Sequence record: SRR31156797_1217 | Reading direction: 5' to 3' (one strand) | Length of the DNA stretch: 64,000 nucleotides | Shown: positions 10,013 through 19,986 of the stretch, one piece after another | Numbering within the stretch: the first letter of the stretch is position 1 | Layout: each line of letters opens with the position of its first letter | The notes under the pieces: model-generated | Database searches by the model: none | The model's input: only the letters and a program-made list of their open reading frames with translations | Told to the model about the DNA's origin: nothing | Translations under genes and position numbers: made by a program

Positions 10013-10558
10013 TCATTCTGGCACCTCATGAAGACCGGCTATAACCTGCTCCACAAGCTCTTCGGGTGTCTTAGTTGCGGTATCAAGAGCCATGTCTGAA
10101 CCGGATTGATATAAAGGTGAGCGCCGGTTAAGCACCTCAGCTACTTCATCCTGGATGTTTTTCGATGTCAAAGCAGGGCGCTGCTTACTGCTCGTATTAT
10201 CTGCTCCCATTCGGTTGAGAATAGTCTCCTTGTCCGCCTGAAGCCAAACAATAAAATATCCTGATCTCAAAAGCGGCCAAATATCCTCATGCTCAATGGC
10301 GCCGCCGCCTACCGCAAGCACTGTTTTTTTTTGTCCAGCCATTTCCCGCAGCAAGGCTCGCTCAACCATCCTGAATCCCTGCCACCCACGCTCTGCAACA
10401 ATTTCCTCCACCGTTTGTTGATTACGCCTGCATAATTCATGATCAGTATCGATGAAGTGATACCCCAGTCGCTCGGCAAGGAGCTTTCCAACCAACGACT
10501 TACCGGTAGCTCGAAATCCGGTTAAAAGAATACTGTGCATTGTCTTTTCCATAATCAC
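10013..10558 (-). CDS. aroK: Shikimate kinase
   Basis: GFRATGKS P-loop, DTD, FR..E, GGGA, RPAL, R..LY; start uncertain (10558/10552/10540). Confidence 0.9.
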   Translation of the reverse strand: MIMEKTMHSILLTGFRATGKSLVGKLLAERLGYHFIDTDHELCRRNQQTVEEIVAERGWQGFRMVERALLREMAGQKKTVLAVGGGAIEHEDIWPLLRSGYFIVWLQADKETILNRMGADNTSSKQRPALTSKNIQDEVAEVLNRRSPLYQSGSDMALDTATKTPEELVEQVIAGLHEVPE

Positions 10559-10687
10559 TTTCAGTGTAAAAGAAAGCAGAGAGAGTCTTCAACAGCAAAA
10601 TGCTGCCATTTTTTTCTTTTCTTTTTCAATAGGTACTCTTAGTGTATTGTTAACTGAGATTTTTTCAAGATTCAAATAAGATAGCTT

Positions 10688-11638
10688 ATGGAATACAAAG
10701 ATTATTACCAAATACTGGAAGTCTCTCGAGATGCAACCCAGGCGCAAATCAAGCAGGCTTACAGGAAAGGTGCGCGGAAATTCCATCCTGATGTTAACAA
10801 GTCACCCGAAGCCGAAAAAAAATTCAAAGAACTCGGGGAGGCGTATGAGGTACTTAAAGATCCAGAAAAACGAACCGCGTACGATAAATTCGGCAGTAAC
10901 TGGGAAAACGGCCAGGATTTTGAGCCGCCGCCCAATTGGGATGCAGGCTTTCAATTTGGAGGTACAGGCTACACAGGAGCAGATCCTACAGGATTCAGTG
11001 ACTTTTTCGAAACCCTGTTTGGCCGCAGTCAATTTGGCGGCAGGCAAAGAGATCACACAACTTTTCGTATGAAAGGGGAGGACCAGCATGCCAAGGTTAT
11101 ACTGCACCTTCGAGACGCCTTTCATGGTGCTAAACAAACTTTGACTCTAAACCGGCCCATTGTTGATAATCAGGGGCATGTGATAACAACCCCGCACACC
11201 CTCCATGTCGCCATCCCCAAAGGTATAATTGAAGGGCAGCGTATTCGGCTTGAAGGCCAAGGCCTTCCCGGAACCGGTGGGAGTCCCGCCGGGGATCTTT
11301 ATCTTGAGATTGCCTTCCAGGAAGACAACCTTTTTCACGCAGAAAAACGAGATATTCACATGACCCTGCCCATTACCCCTTGGGAGGCCGCCTTAGGTGC
11401 ATCGGTAACGGTACCTACTCTTGCAGGTAATGTAACCCTCAAAATTCCGCAAGGCTCACAAGGTGGAAAAAAATTACGCCTCAAGGGTAAAGGGCTCTCC
11501 ACCAAACGCCAAAAAGGCGATCAAATAGTCACCTTAAGAGTGGTGATTCCTGAAGCTGTGACAGATGAACAAAAAAAACTCTACGCTACCATGGCCGAAA
11601 TCATGCCCGTAAATCCTCGTCAAAAAATGGGAGCTTGA
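10688..11638 (+). CDS. cbpA: Curved DNA-binding DnaJ-class co-chaperone
   Basis: J domain with HPD, G/F region, DnaJ C-terminal domain, no zinc finger; followed by cbpM. Confidence 0.92.
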   Translation: MEYKDYYQILEVSRDATQAQIKQAYRKGARKFHPDVNKSPEAEKKFKELGEAYEVLKDPEKRTAYDKFGSNWENGQDFEPPPNWDAGFQFGGTGYTGADPTGFSDFFETLFGRSQFGGRQRDHTTFRMKGEDQHAKVILHLRDAFHGAKQTLTLNRPIVDNQGHVITTPHTLHVAIPKGIIEGQRIRLEGQGLPGTGGSPAGDLYLEIAFQEDNLFHAEKRDIHMTLPITPWEAALGASVTVPTLAGNVTLKIPQGSQGGKKLRLKGKGLSTKRQKGDQIVTLRVVIPEAVTDEQKKLYATMAEIMPVNPRQKMGA

Positions 11639-11639
11639 C

Positions 11640-11945
11640 ATGGGAGACATCCAATATTTACAGGGCACCGTACTAAACGAAGAGATACAGTGCTCCCTGG
11701 CTGAAATCTGTCGATTCTGCGGAGTAACAGCAGAACACATCCATGAAATGGTGGAGGAGGGGATTATTTCACCCCATGGTTTATCCCCCCGGGAATGGCA
11801 TTTTACTACCATTGAAATCAGACGGGTACAAACTGCGGTTCGGCTGCAAAATGATTTGCAAGTCAACCTGCCTGGGTGCGCACTGGTACTTGACCTGATT
11901 GAAGAGCTTGAAGAGTTGCGCCGACTGAGTCGTAGGCGTACTTGA
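11640..11945 (+). CDS. cbpM: Chaperone modulator CbpM
   Basis: MerR-like; EMVEEGII, RLQNDLQVNLPGCALVLDL. Confidence 0.9.
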   Translation: MGDIQYLQGTVLNEEIQCSLAEICRFCGVTAEHIHEMVEEGIISPHGLSPREWHFTTIEIRRVQTAVRLQNDLQVNLPGCALVLDLIEELEELRRLSRRRT

Positions 11946-13333
11946 CAATACCTGAAACACCTTTTTTTATTTCGCCAGTGTCCCAAATTCAATATTTTTT
12001 CCAACAGCTCGACCCTGTCGCCATTAGCCTGGGCCTCGGGTGTGGTCTGCTCCTCACCCCTTTTCTTGTACTACTTTTTCTAGGTAAAGTGCGCAGGCAA
12101 CTCCTGGTCACGCAAATCCGATCTGAAAGGCTTGATCAAGACAGGGAACAACAGCAAACAATCATTGACAGATTACGCCAAGAGCGTGATATCCTTCGCC
12201 AGGAGTATGAAGCACTTGGCCGTGACAATGCCGGACTCCGAGCAAGGTGCTCTGGCATGGAAAATCAGCTAGAAGAAAGGGAACTGCTGCTGGAAGCGAC
12301 TCAAACCCAAGTTGAACAAAGATTTGAGCTCCTGGCGAGTGAAATTCTGACCGAAAAAAGTTCACTTATCAATCATCAGCACGAATCGACCCTCAAGCTG
12401 CTCCTCTCCCCCTTCCACAAACAACTCCAGGAGTTCCAACACAAAGTTGACGATGTGTATGACCGTGAGGCAAGGGACCGAGTGGCAATTACCACCGAAA
12501 TACAACACCTCCGCCAGCTTAACGAACGGCTCAGTAACGATGCCGTTAACCTAACCGAGGCGCTTCAGGGGAAAAATAAGCTGCAGGGCCAATGGGGTGA
12601 AATGGTCCTTGAAAAAATTCTTGAAGAATCAGGCCTCCGTAAAGGATTGGAGTATACAACCCAGGTCAGCCTGCTGTCTGAATCAGGGGCTAGGCGCCAA
12701 CCCGATGTGATCGTCCATCTCCCAGGAAAAAGAGACGTTATCATAGACGCCAAGGTTTCCCTGAAGGCCTTTACCCAAGCCCATGGTGAAAACGATGAAA
12801 AACGACGCCAAAAATACAATGTGAGACATCTTGATTCTATCAAACGACATGTCACCTCCCTCGCATCAAAACAATATCATCAGCTAGAAGGTGTCAGCAG
12901 CATGGATTTTGTCCTGCTCTTCATCCCAGTTGAGGCAGCATTTCAAAAAACACTGGAAAACGATCCGGAAATCCTGTCCAGATCCATGCGTAAACAAGTC
13001 GTTTTGTGCAGCCCCTCCACGTTACTGGCTATCCTCCGGACCATACAACACCTGTGGCGCCTTGATGAACAAAACCGAAACGGTTTAATCATTGCCAAAC
13101 AGGCAGGGAATCTTTATGATAAATTTGTAGGCTTTATTGAGACCTTTGAAGAAGTTGGGACACGTTTACACCAGTCGCAGCAAGCATGGCACCTAGCTAA
13201 AAAAAGGCTGAGCAGCGGCAGAGGCAATCTGATAAAAAGAGCTGAGCACCTCAAGGAACTGGGAGTGCAAACTGATCGAGAGCTAACAAACGCTTTCAAA
13301 GAATCAACGAACTCACAAGGAGAAATATTATGA
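11942..13333 (+). CDS. rmuC: DNA recombination protein RmuC
   Basis: N-terminal TM and coiled coil; QGQWGEMVLE, PDVIVHLP, IDAKVSL, LYDKFVGF. Confidence 0.93.
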   Translation: MTIPETPFFISPVSQIQYFFQQLDPVAISLGLGCGLLLTPFLVLLFLGKVRRQLLVTQIRSERLDQDREQQQTIIDRLRQERDILRQEYEALGRDNAGLRARCSGMENQLEERELLLEATQTQVEQRFELLASEILTEKSSLINHQHESTLKLLLSPFHKQLQEFQHKVDDVYDREARDRVAITTEIQHLRQLNERLSNDAVNLTEALQGKNKLQGQWGEMVLEKILEESGLRKGLEYTTQVSLLSESGARRQPDVIVHLPGKRDVIIDAKVSLKAFTQAHGENDEKRRQKYNVRHLDSIKRHVTSLASKQYHQLEGVSSMDFVLLFIPVEAAFQKTLENDPEILSRSMRKQVVLCSPSTLLAILRTIQHLWRLDEQNRNGLIIAKQAGNLYDKFVGFIETFEEVGTRLHQSQQAWHLAKKRLSSGRGNLIKRAEHLKELGVQTDRELTNAFKESTNSQGEIL

Positions 13334-13773
13334 AATATATCATTATTAGTACAATTGTCATGATGGCACTGCTATCAGGTTGTGCAAATATGAACAAAGC
13401 CCAGACCGGGGCTGTAGGTGGTGCAGCTGGCGGCGCGCTCATTGGGCAGATGATCGGTCATAACACCGAGGCCACATTGATTGGTGCAGCTGTCGGTACC
13501 ATGCTTGGTTACATTGTTGGTAATGAAATGGATAAGTACGACAAACAGCAATTAAACCATGTTTATGAACGCGGAGTTTCCAACCAACGTTCAGCTTGGG
13601 TTAACCCTGACAGCGGCAACCAGTATGCAGTTACGCCGCAACCTGCTTTCCAGAACCCGACAACTAACCAAGTCTGCAGGAAAGCAGAAATAAATGCAGT
13701 TATTGACGGTAAAAATCAAAAGACCTATACCACAGCCTGTCGTGACGGCAACGGTCAGTGGCAGCTGCAATAA
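13330..13773 (+). CDS. Glycine-zipper surface lipoprotein (17-kDa antigen-like)
   Basis: Lipobox LSGC, GAVGGAAGGALIG zipper, WVNPDSG, TACRDGNGQW. Confidence 0.88.
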   Translation: MKYIIISTIVMMALLSGCANMNKAQTGAVGGAAGGALIGQMIGHNTEATLIGAAVGTMLGYIVGNEMDKYDKQQLNHVYERGVSNQRSAWVNPDSGNQYAVTPQPAFQNPTTNQVCRKAEINAVIDGKNQKTYTTACRDGNGQWQLQ

Positions 13774-13832
13774 CAACGAGACAATATCGCCATATGCTAT
13801 CCGGAGAATTGGGTGTGGGTACATCCTCACCC

Positions 13833-14195
13833 ATGGAACTTATCGATGTCACCAGCCAATTGCAGGACATCGTCGCCAAGAACGACATTACCCAGGGTTT
13901 ATGTACCATCTTTAACCCCCATACTACTGCCGGAGTCACCATCAACGAAGGAGCCGATCCTGATGTGCAGGACGACATCATTGGTGCAATGCGTCGAATT
14001 GTCCCCTCTGACTATCCGTATAAACACAGGGAGGGAAACTCTCCCTCCCATATTATGGCAACCCTGACAGGCAGCTCAGTGTCGTTTTTCATTGCCCAAG
14101 GGCAAGTGCAGCTCGGTACCTGGCAACGCATTTTTTTCTGTGAATTCGACGGCCCTCGTCAACGGAAACTCACCTGGCAAATTCTGTCAGGCTGA
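13833..14195 (+). CDS. yjbQ: YjbQ/UPF0047 family protein
   Basis: HTTAGVTINE.ADPDV, H.EGNSPSH, LGTWQRIFFCEFDGPR. Confidence 0.9.
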   Translation: MELIDVTSQLQDIVAKNDITQGLCTIFNPHTTAGVTINEGADPDVQDDIIGAMRRIVPSDYPYKHREGNSPSHIMATLTGSSVSFFIAQGQVQLGTWQRIFFCEFDGPRQRKLTWQILSG

Positions 14196-14227
14196 TACTG
14201 CCGCTCCCACTACCTCCAAGGTTACCT

Positions 14228-14443
14228 ATGCTGTTTGGTCTCAACCGTGCTACAGATGAAAAATCCATCCAGGAATTACTGGAACATTTTTCAAAACGAA
14301 AACTCACCGATGTGCTTGTCCCTCGCATGACCGATGATGAAATTAACCAACTTGTCGAACAGATCATGGGGATAATGCGCAATCATCTCTCTGATGAAGA
14401 ATACCACAGCCTTTTGCTCGACGATCCCCATCATCGTCATTAA
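14228..14443 (+). CDS. Small hypothetical protein
   Basis: 71-aa ORF filling the operon gap; FGLNRATDE...LVPRMTDDEI...HLSDEEYHSLLL. Confidence 0.7.
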   Translation: MLFGLNRATDEKSIQELLEHFSKRKLTDVLVPRMTDDEINQLVEQIMGIMRNHLSDEEYHSLLLDDPHHRH

Positions 14444-14480
14444 TTGCTGACAAAAATAACCCTTACCTTGCTGATGCCCC

Positions 14481-16253
14481 ATGCCGCAGATACTTAACCT
14501 TCGTGCCTTTCTTGATATCCTTCGTAAAAATGATCAATTACTCATCATTGAATCCGAAGTTGATCCCTACCTGGAAATAGCTGAAATCCACCGCAGAGTT
14601 ATTGCCAGGCAAGGGCCGGCACTGTTATTTACCAATGTCAAAGGTTCATCCTTTCCGGTCGTAACAAACCTCTTTGGCACTAACCTCCGCCTTGAATTGG
14701 CATTTGGTAAAAAACCCGTCGAGTTTGTTCAACGTCTGGTTACCTTTATAGAAACGGAAATGCCTCCCACCCTGTCTTCACTCTGGTCGGCCCGTTCCAT
14801 TATCGGACAAGGGATGAAAATCGGACTAAAGCCGATCAAGCAAGCCCCTGTTCTTGAAAACTGCATGCAACCAGCCAGGCTTACAGAACTCCCCATGCTG
14901 ACTTCCTGGCATTCGGACGGCGGGCCTTTTGTCACCCTGCCCCTGGTGTATACCGAACATCCTGATGGACTCGGGCATAACCTGGGGATGTACAGAATTC
15001 AACGTTACAATGACACCACAACCGGTATCCACTGGCAAATCCATAAAGGCGGCGGCTTCCATTATTACGAAGCCGAGCGACAAAATCGAGCTCTGCCGGT
15101 AACATTGTTTATAGGTGGACCACCTGCCCTCATGCTGGCCGCCATAGCGCCACTTCCGGAAAACATCCCAGAACTACTGCTTGCCTCACTCCTGCAGGGC
15201 AAGAAATTAGATATGGCGGTTGACCCCAAGGGGGGACATCAACTTGTCGCTGAGGCCGAATTTGCCGTAAAAGGCATGGTACAACCAGAGCTGCGAAAAC
15301 CGGAAGGCCCTTTTGGAGACCACTACGGGTACAATTCCCTGCAGCATGACTATCCCGTTTTTCAGACAACCCACCTATACCACCGAAAAGACGCTATCTA
15401 CCCAGCAACAGTGGTTGGTCGGCCTCGCCAGGAAGATTTCTTTATTGGTGACTTTCTTCAAGACCTTCTCTCTCCCTTATTCCCTCTGGTCATGAAAGGA
15501 GTCCAACAGCTGAAAACATTTGGTGAAACAGGTTTCCATTGCCTGGCTGCAGCAAGGGTCAGTGAACGTTATCCCAAGGAGGCTTTTGCAGCAGGGTTAC
15601 GCATCCTTGGAGAAGGGCAGTTAAGCCTGACAAAATTCCTGCTAGCCACTGATGGTTCAATCGATGTTGGTGATTTTCCAAAACTGTGGACCCATATCCT
15701 GGAGCGCATTCAATGGAATCAAGATCTTTTTGTTTTCGCCAACGTCTCCCAGGACACCCTTGACTATACAGGGCCTTCGGTTAACAAAGGTTCTAAAGCC
15801 ATGATGCTTGGCCTTGGAAAAGAAAAAAAGCGTGAATTACCCACCGAGTTTTCAGGCTCCTTACCCGCAGGCTGCAGCAGGCCACATGCATATCTCCCAG
15901 GCACCCTGGTTGTCCAAGGCGTTTCCTATGAAGAAATACCGGAGCTAGGCAAACAACTCGCAGTTCATTCCGGTATTAAAAACTGGCCGGTTCTCATACT
16001 GGTTGATTCAACCAGCGAAGCGACCATCAGTCTACAAGAATTTTTGTGGACCGTGTTTACCCGATTTGAACCAGCGGCAGATATCCATGGAGCCGGCCAA
16101 ACAGTACAACGCTTTCACGTCGGTCTAGAAGCACCTGTTGTTTTTGACTGCAGGATGAAGCCTTGGTATACAGATGTGCTCGAGGTTGACCCAGCCACAA
16201 AGGCTCTGGTTGACGAAAAAATCTCGTCTATGATACCTGCAGCTTACAGATAG
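14481..16253 (+). CDS. UbiD family decarboxylase (possibly menaquinone/futalosine pathway)
   Basis: LEIAEIHRR, NLGMYR, HWQIHK, EGPFGDHYGY, DTLDYTG. Confidence 0.9.
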   Translation: MPQILNLRAFLDILRKNDQLLIIESEVDPYLEIAEIHRRVIARQGPALLFTNVKGSSFPVVTNLFGTNLRLELAFGKKPVEFVQRLVTFIETEMPPTLSSLWSARSIIGQGMKIGLKPIKQAPVLENCMQPARLTELPMLTSWHSDGGPFVTLPLVYTEHPDGLGHNLGMYRIQRYNDTTTGIHWQIHKGGGFHYYEAERQNRALPVTLFIGGPPALMLAAIAPLPENIPELLLASLLQGKKLDMAVDPKGGHQLVAEAEFAVKGMVQPELRKPEGPFGDHYGYNSLQHDYPVFQTTHLYHRKDAIYPATVVGRPRQEDFFIGDFLQDLLSPLFPLVMKGVQQLKTFGETGFHCLAAARVSERYPKEAFAAGLRILGEGQLSLTKFLLATDGSIDVGDFPKLWTHILERIQWNQDLFVFANVSQDTLDYTGPSVNKGSKAMMLGLGKEKKRELPTEFSGSLPAGCSRPHAYLPGTLVVQGVSYEEIPELGKQLAVHSGIKNWPVLILVDSTSEATISLQEFLWTVFTRFEPAADIHGAGQTVQRFHVGLEAPVVFDCRMKPWYTDVLEVDPATKALVDEKISSMIPAAYR

Positions 16254-16359
16254 CACCTTACAATTCAGCATTATACCCATTTTCGTGCTAACAACATTCC
16301 CTTGGTCATGTCCTGCTCGACCGTGGATAATGGCTGCTTACAAATAAACGCACCATCTT

Positions 16360-17100
16360 ATGGAACGACTCCAAAAAATCATAGCCCAGGCGGGTATCGC
16401 CTCCCGGAGAGGTGCTGAACAACTTATCAGCCAGGGCCGGGTCAAAGTCAATGACCAGGTTGTGACTCAAATGGGCCAGAAGGTTGACCCGACAAAAGAT
16501 CGTATCACTTTTGACGGCAGCCCCATCAACCTGGAGAAAAAAATCTATTTACTGCTGAACAAACCAACAGGGTATGTAACGACCCTGTCCGATCCTCAGG
16601 GTCGCCCCATTGTCACTGACCTTCTTCCCGAGGTTGATGTGCGGCTCTTTCCCGTCGGCCGGCTTGATCTAGAAACGGAAGGCGCTCTGTTAATGACAAA
16701 TGACGGTGCCCTTGGCAACTACGTTCTTCATCCGCGCTATGAAATCAACAAAACTTACGAAGCAACTGTTAAAGGCATACCATCTCCGGCCAGCATACAG
16801 CGCTTGGCCAAGGGGATAATTATTGAGGGGCAGAAAACCTATCCTGCACAACTGCGTTTTCTTGACAAATCAAGAGCACACTCCAAAATAGAGATTATAA
16901 TTCATGAAGGTAAAAAACGGCAAGTCCGTAAAATGTTTCAGGCAATAGGACACCCAGTGGTTCATCTGAAACGAACGGCCTATGGAAATCTTAAATTAGG
17001 GAGACTTTCCAGCGGAAAATATCGTACTTTAACTAAAAATGACCTAAAAAATCTATTTTTAGGAAAAATTCCCTTTACAATCAAAAACATACCTGCTTAA
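16360..17100 (+). CDS. rluB: rRNA pseudouridine synthase (RluB/RsuA family)
   Basis: S4 domain ERLQKIIAQAGIASRR; VGRLD; EGKKRQVRKM. Confidence 0.9.
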   Translation: MERLQKIIAQAGIASRRGAEQLISQGRVKVNDQVVTQMGQKVDPTKDRITFDGSPINLEKKIYLLLNKPTGYVTTLSDPQGRPIVTDLLPEVDVRLFPVGRLDLETEGALLMTNDGALGNYVLHPRYEINKTYEATVKGIPSPASIQRLAKGIIIEGQKTYPAQLRFLDKSRAHSKIEIIIHEGKKRQVRKMFQAIGHPVVHLKRTAYGNLKLGRLSSGKYRTLTKNDLKNLFLGKIPFTIKNIPA

Positions 17101-17207
17101 GTTTTTTATAGTTGTTTAGTAGTAGTTCCTGTTTTACATTTTCCTCCCAAGCATTTGAGTAGGGAGACTTTTTCTGGATACGTTACTGATAGACTGGGGA
17201 AACAGAA

Positions 17208-17492
17208 ATGAATAAATCCGAACTGATCGAAGCATTGGCAGAAGAAATGGATATTCCTATCCGCGAAGCTGCTTCCATTACCAATACTATCATTGATACC
17301 ATGAGCGACGCCCTTGCCCGTGGCGAATCCATAGAAATCCGTGGGTTTGGCAGTTTTGTTGTAAAAGAGTACGAATCCTATACAGGAAGGAATCCCAAAA
17401 CTGGAGAAAAGATAAAAGTCTCCCCTAAAAAGCTGCCTTTTTTTAAGGTTGGTAAGGACTTGAGAGAACAAGTCAACAAAGAGACAGACTAG
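17208..17492 (+). CDS. ihfB: Integration host factor beta / HU family protein
   Basis: MNKSELI, IEIRGFGSF, GRNPKTG, PFFKVGKDLRE. Confidence 0.88.
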   Translation: MNKSELIEALAEEMDIPIREAASITNTIIDTMSDALARGESIEIRGFGSFVVKEYESYTGRNPKTGEKIKVSPKKLPFFKVGKDLREQVNKETD

Positions 17493-17516
17493 CTTCTGGG
17501 GGCGACGTAAAACTAT

Positions 17517-18866
17517 CTACTCCATCGATTCGACTGGTACAACTTCACCAACCAAGTCGTAGGTGTGTGCTTCGCTAATACTGACTGATACAATATCGCC
17601 TGGATTTACCTGGCCACTGGTTATATAGACGCAACCATCAATATCTGGTGCCTGATACCTTGTGCGCCCTTCCAGCAGCAAGTCACTCTCACGACTTACT
17701 CCTTCAATTAAAACTGGCTCTATTCTGCCCACAAAGCGCTGCTGACGTTCTTGGTTTATAGTTGCCTGTAGAGTCATTACCTGGGAATACCGGTTTCCCT
17801 TTTCCTCTTCAGGCACCTTTTCCACAAATTCGGCAGCAGTACTGCCTTGTTCGTCTTGATACTGGAACACCCCCACATGGTCCAACTGCCACCTCTCCAG
17901 AGCCTGGGTTAAGATTTCCATATCCTCCTCTGTCTCACCGGGAAAACCAACCATGACAGTGGTACGCAATGCGCATTCAGGAACAATGGAACGTACCCGG
18001 GTGACGAGATCATCAAGTTCCGCCAAACCGTAGCGCCTGTTCATCCGCTTCAGGACACTGTCGCTCACATGCTGAAAAGGTATATCAAGATAAGGGACAA
18101 TACGCGGTTGTTCTGCCATCAATTGAAGAAGAGATGTCTCAACTGACGAGGGATAAAGGTAAAGTAACCGAAACCAGGCAATTTGAGTATTCTCGACCAG
18201 TGATTGCAAAAGAGAGACCAAGTTAGTCTGGCTATCTTCCAGGTCACTTCCATAAGCTGTAAGGTCCTGGGCAATAAGCGTTAACTCCTTAACACCCTGG
18301 CCTTCGAGCAACTGAGCCTCGGCAACAAGATCCTCAATAGTTCGGCTCCTTAATTTTCCGCGAATTGAGGGAATCATACAATAAGTGCAATGATTGTCAC
18401 ACCCTTCGGTAATCTTGAGATATGTTCTGAAAAAGGGAGTAGAAATCTTACGCGGGACAGAAGAGTTCATGAGATACAGGGACTCTTCTCCCACTGCAAT
18501 CGCACGTTCCCCTTGCCGCTTATTTTCAATTAAGTTGACTATTTGGGGAAATTCATCAACCCCGAGGAATATATCAACCTCTGGCAGTTCATTGACAAGT
18601 TCTGCACCATACCTCTGCACCATGCACCCGGTAACCACAAGCACTATTTCGGTATTATTCTCCTTATACTCAGCAAGGCGGAGGATTTCATCTACAGCCT
18701 CCTCTACTGCTGGTTGGATAAAGCCGCAGGTGTTGACAAGCAGCACGTCTGCCTGCTCAGGCTCTTCAACCACTTGATACCCAGCGTTTTCAAGCAGAGC
18801 AAGCATGACTTCCGTATCCACGAGGTTCTTCGGGCACCCCAGACTAACAATATGTATGTTTTTCAT
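17517..18866 (-). CDS. rimO: Ribosomal protein S12 methylthiotransferase
   Basis: SLGCPKNLVD, NTCGFI, EGCDNHCTYCMIP, QAPDIDG TRAM domain. Confidence 0.96.
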   Translation of the reverse strand: MKNIHIVSLGCPKNLVDTEVMLALLENAGYQVVEEPEQADVLLVNTCGFIQPAVEEAVDEILRLAEYKENNTEIVLVVTGCMVQRYGAELVNELPEVDIFLGVDEFPQIVNLIENKRQGERAIAVGEESLYLMNSSVPRKISTPFFRTYLKITEGCDNHCTYCMIPSIRGKLRSRTIEDLVAEAQLLEGQGVKELTLIAQDLTAYGSDLEDSQTNLVSLLQSLVENTQIAWFRLLYLYPSSVETSLLQLMAEQPRIVPYLDIPFQHVSDSVLKRMNRRYGLAELDDLVTRVRSIVPECALRTTVMVGFPGETEEDMEILTQALERWQLDHVGVFQYQDEQGSTAAEFVEKVPEEEKGNRYSQVMTLQATINQERQQRFVGRIEPVLIEGVSRESDLLLEGRTRYQAPDIDGCVYITSGQVNPGDIVSVSISEAHTYDLVGEVVPVESME

Positions 18867-19588
18867 AACCCTTGAATTCCTCCTGAATCCACTTCCCGAC
18901 AGAGATCTGCCAACAATTGCTTGGTTTTAAGACGAAATTTTTTCCAATTAAACTGCGGCCGCCATTTTTCATGATACAATTCATCTGAGACCAACATGAC
19001 TGCAGCAAGGCTGATACCGCGAAAGCCTGCAATCGCATTCAATGCCGTATATTCCATATCAACACCATACACACCCTGGTTTCCAAAATGGTGCACCTTC
19101 GCCTTGGTTTCACGATATACAGCATCAGTGGTCCATACAGGACCATGCTTGGTACTATACCCGGCTTGCTTGAGCACTCCGTCAACTTTATTCATTAGCA
19201 TGACATCTGGGACGAAATTCCCAGCACCGGGATAATGGCAGCTTGTCCCCTCCTCACTCAATCCACTAGTGGGCAGCAATATATCTCCGGCTGTCAAAAC
19301 ATTACAAACAGCGCCACACCATCCATACACAATGACATATTGGGCACCAAGGGCAATACATTTTTCAAGACACATTGCTGCCATGGGGGCACCAACTGCT
19401 GGACCAGCAAGAAAAAAACGGTCTGAGGAATACAGTTTCGAATGAAAAAGAAAATGTTGCCGCAAGCCATATGTTTTGGCGAGAGCAGGGAAACTGGCAG
19501 AATCTGTCGGGTTGACGGCAAAGATGCCAATGGGAGGCAGCTCAGGATCACGTTTTTCCCGAACCGGGTTTATAATACATTTTTCCAT
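18863..19588 (-). CDS. Nucleoside phosphorylase (PNP_UDP family)
   Basis: GAPMAA, GWCG, SEEGTS, WTTDAVYRET, VDME, VSD. Confidence 0.88.
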   Translation of the reverse strand: MEKCIINPVREKRDPELPPIGIFAVNPTDSASFPALAKTYGLRQHFLFHSKLYSSDRFFLAGPAVGAPMAAMCLEKCIALGAQYVIVYGWCGAVCNVLTAGDILLPTSGLSEEGTSCHYPGAGNFVPDVMLMNKVDGVLKQAGYSTKHGPVWTTDAVYRETKAKVHHFGNQGVYGVDMEYTALNAIAGFRGISLAAVMLVSDELYHEKWRPQFNWKKFRLKTKQLLADLCREVDSGGIQGL

Positions 19589-19597
19589 GGGGTAAAC

Positions 19598-19629
19598 AAA
19601 AAAAGCTGCGGCCTATAGCCGCAGCTTTT
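19598..19629 (-). terminator. Intrinsic terminator after atpE
   Basis: aaaagctgcggc-ctata-gccgcagctttt with U-tract on the minus strand. Confidence 0.8.
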
Positions 19630-19657
19630 AACTACTTTATTCGCTTGAACTGTAGAA

Positions 19658-19915
19658 TTACATTCCAAGAGCTGCTTTGAAAGGATTTGCATAAAGCAGG
19701 ATAAAGGCAATAACAAGGCCGTAAATCGCAATAGATTCACAAAGAGCCATACCAAGAATCATTGTAGTGGTGATAGCACCTTTTGCTTCTGGGTTACGAG
19801 CAACACCATCACAAGCACCACGCAGACCATTACCCATACCAACACCAGCACCGTGTCCTGCCAAACCAATACTCAAAGCAGCACCTATACAAATCAAAGC
19901 AATAGCAATTTCCAT
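19658..19915 (-). CDS. atpE: F0 ATP synthase subunit c
   Basis: GxGxGxG motif, ARNPE loop, ESIAIY; GGAGG RBS 9 nt before ATG 19915. Confidence 0.96.
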   Translation of the reverse strand: MEIAIALICIGAALSIGLAGHGAGVGMGNGLRGACDGVARNPEAKGAITTTMILGMALCESIAIYGLVIAFILLYANPFKAALGM

Positions 19916-19986
19916 TTTCAACATCCTCCATTAAATAATAATATATGATTGGCCTTCTTCGTTACTCAATAAAATAGACTTCAGGA

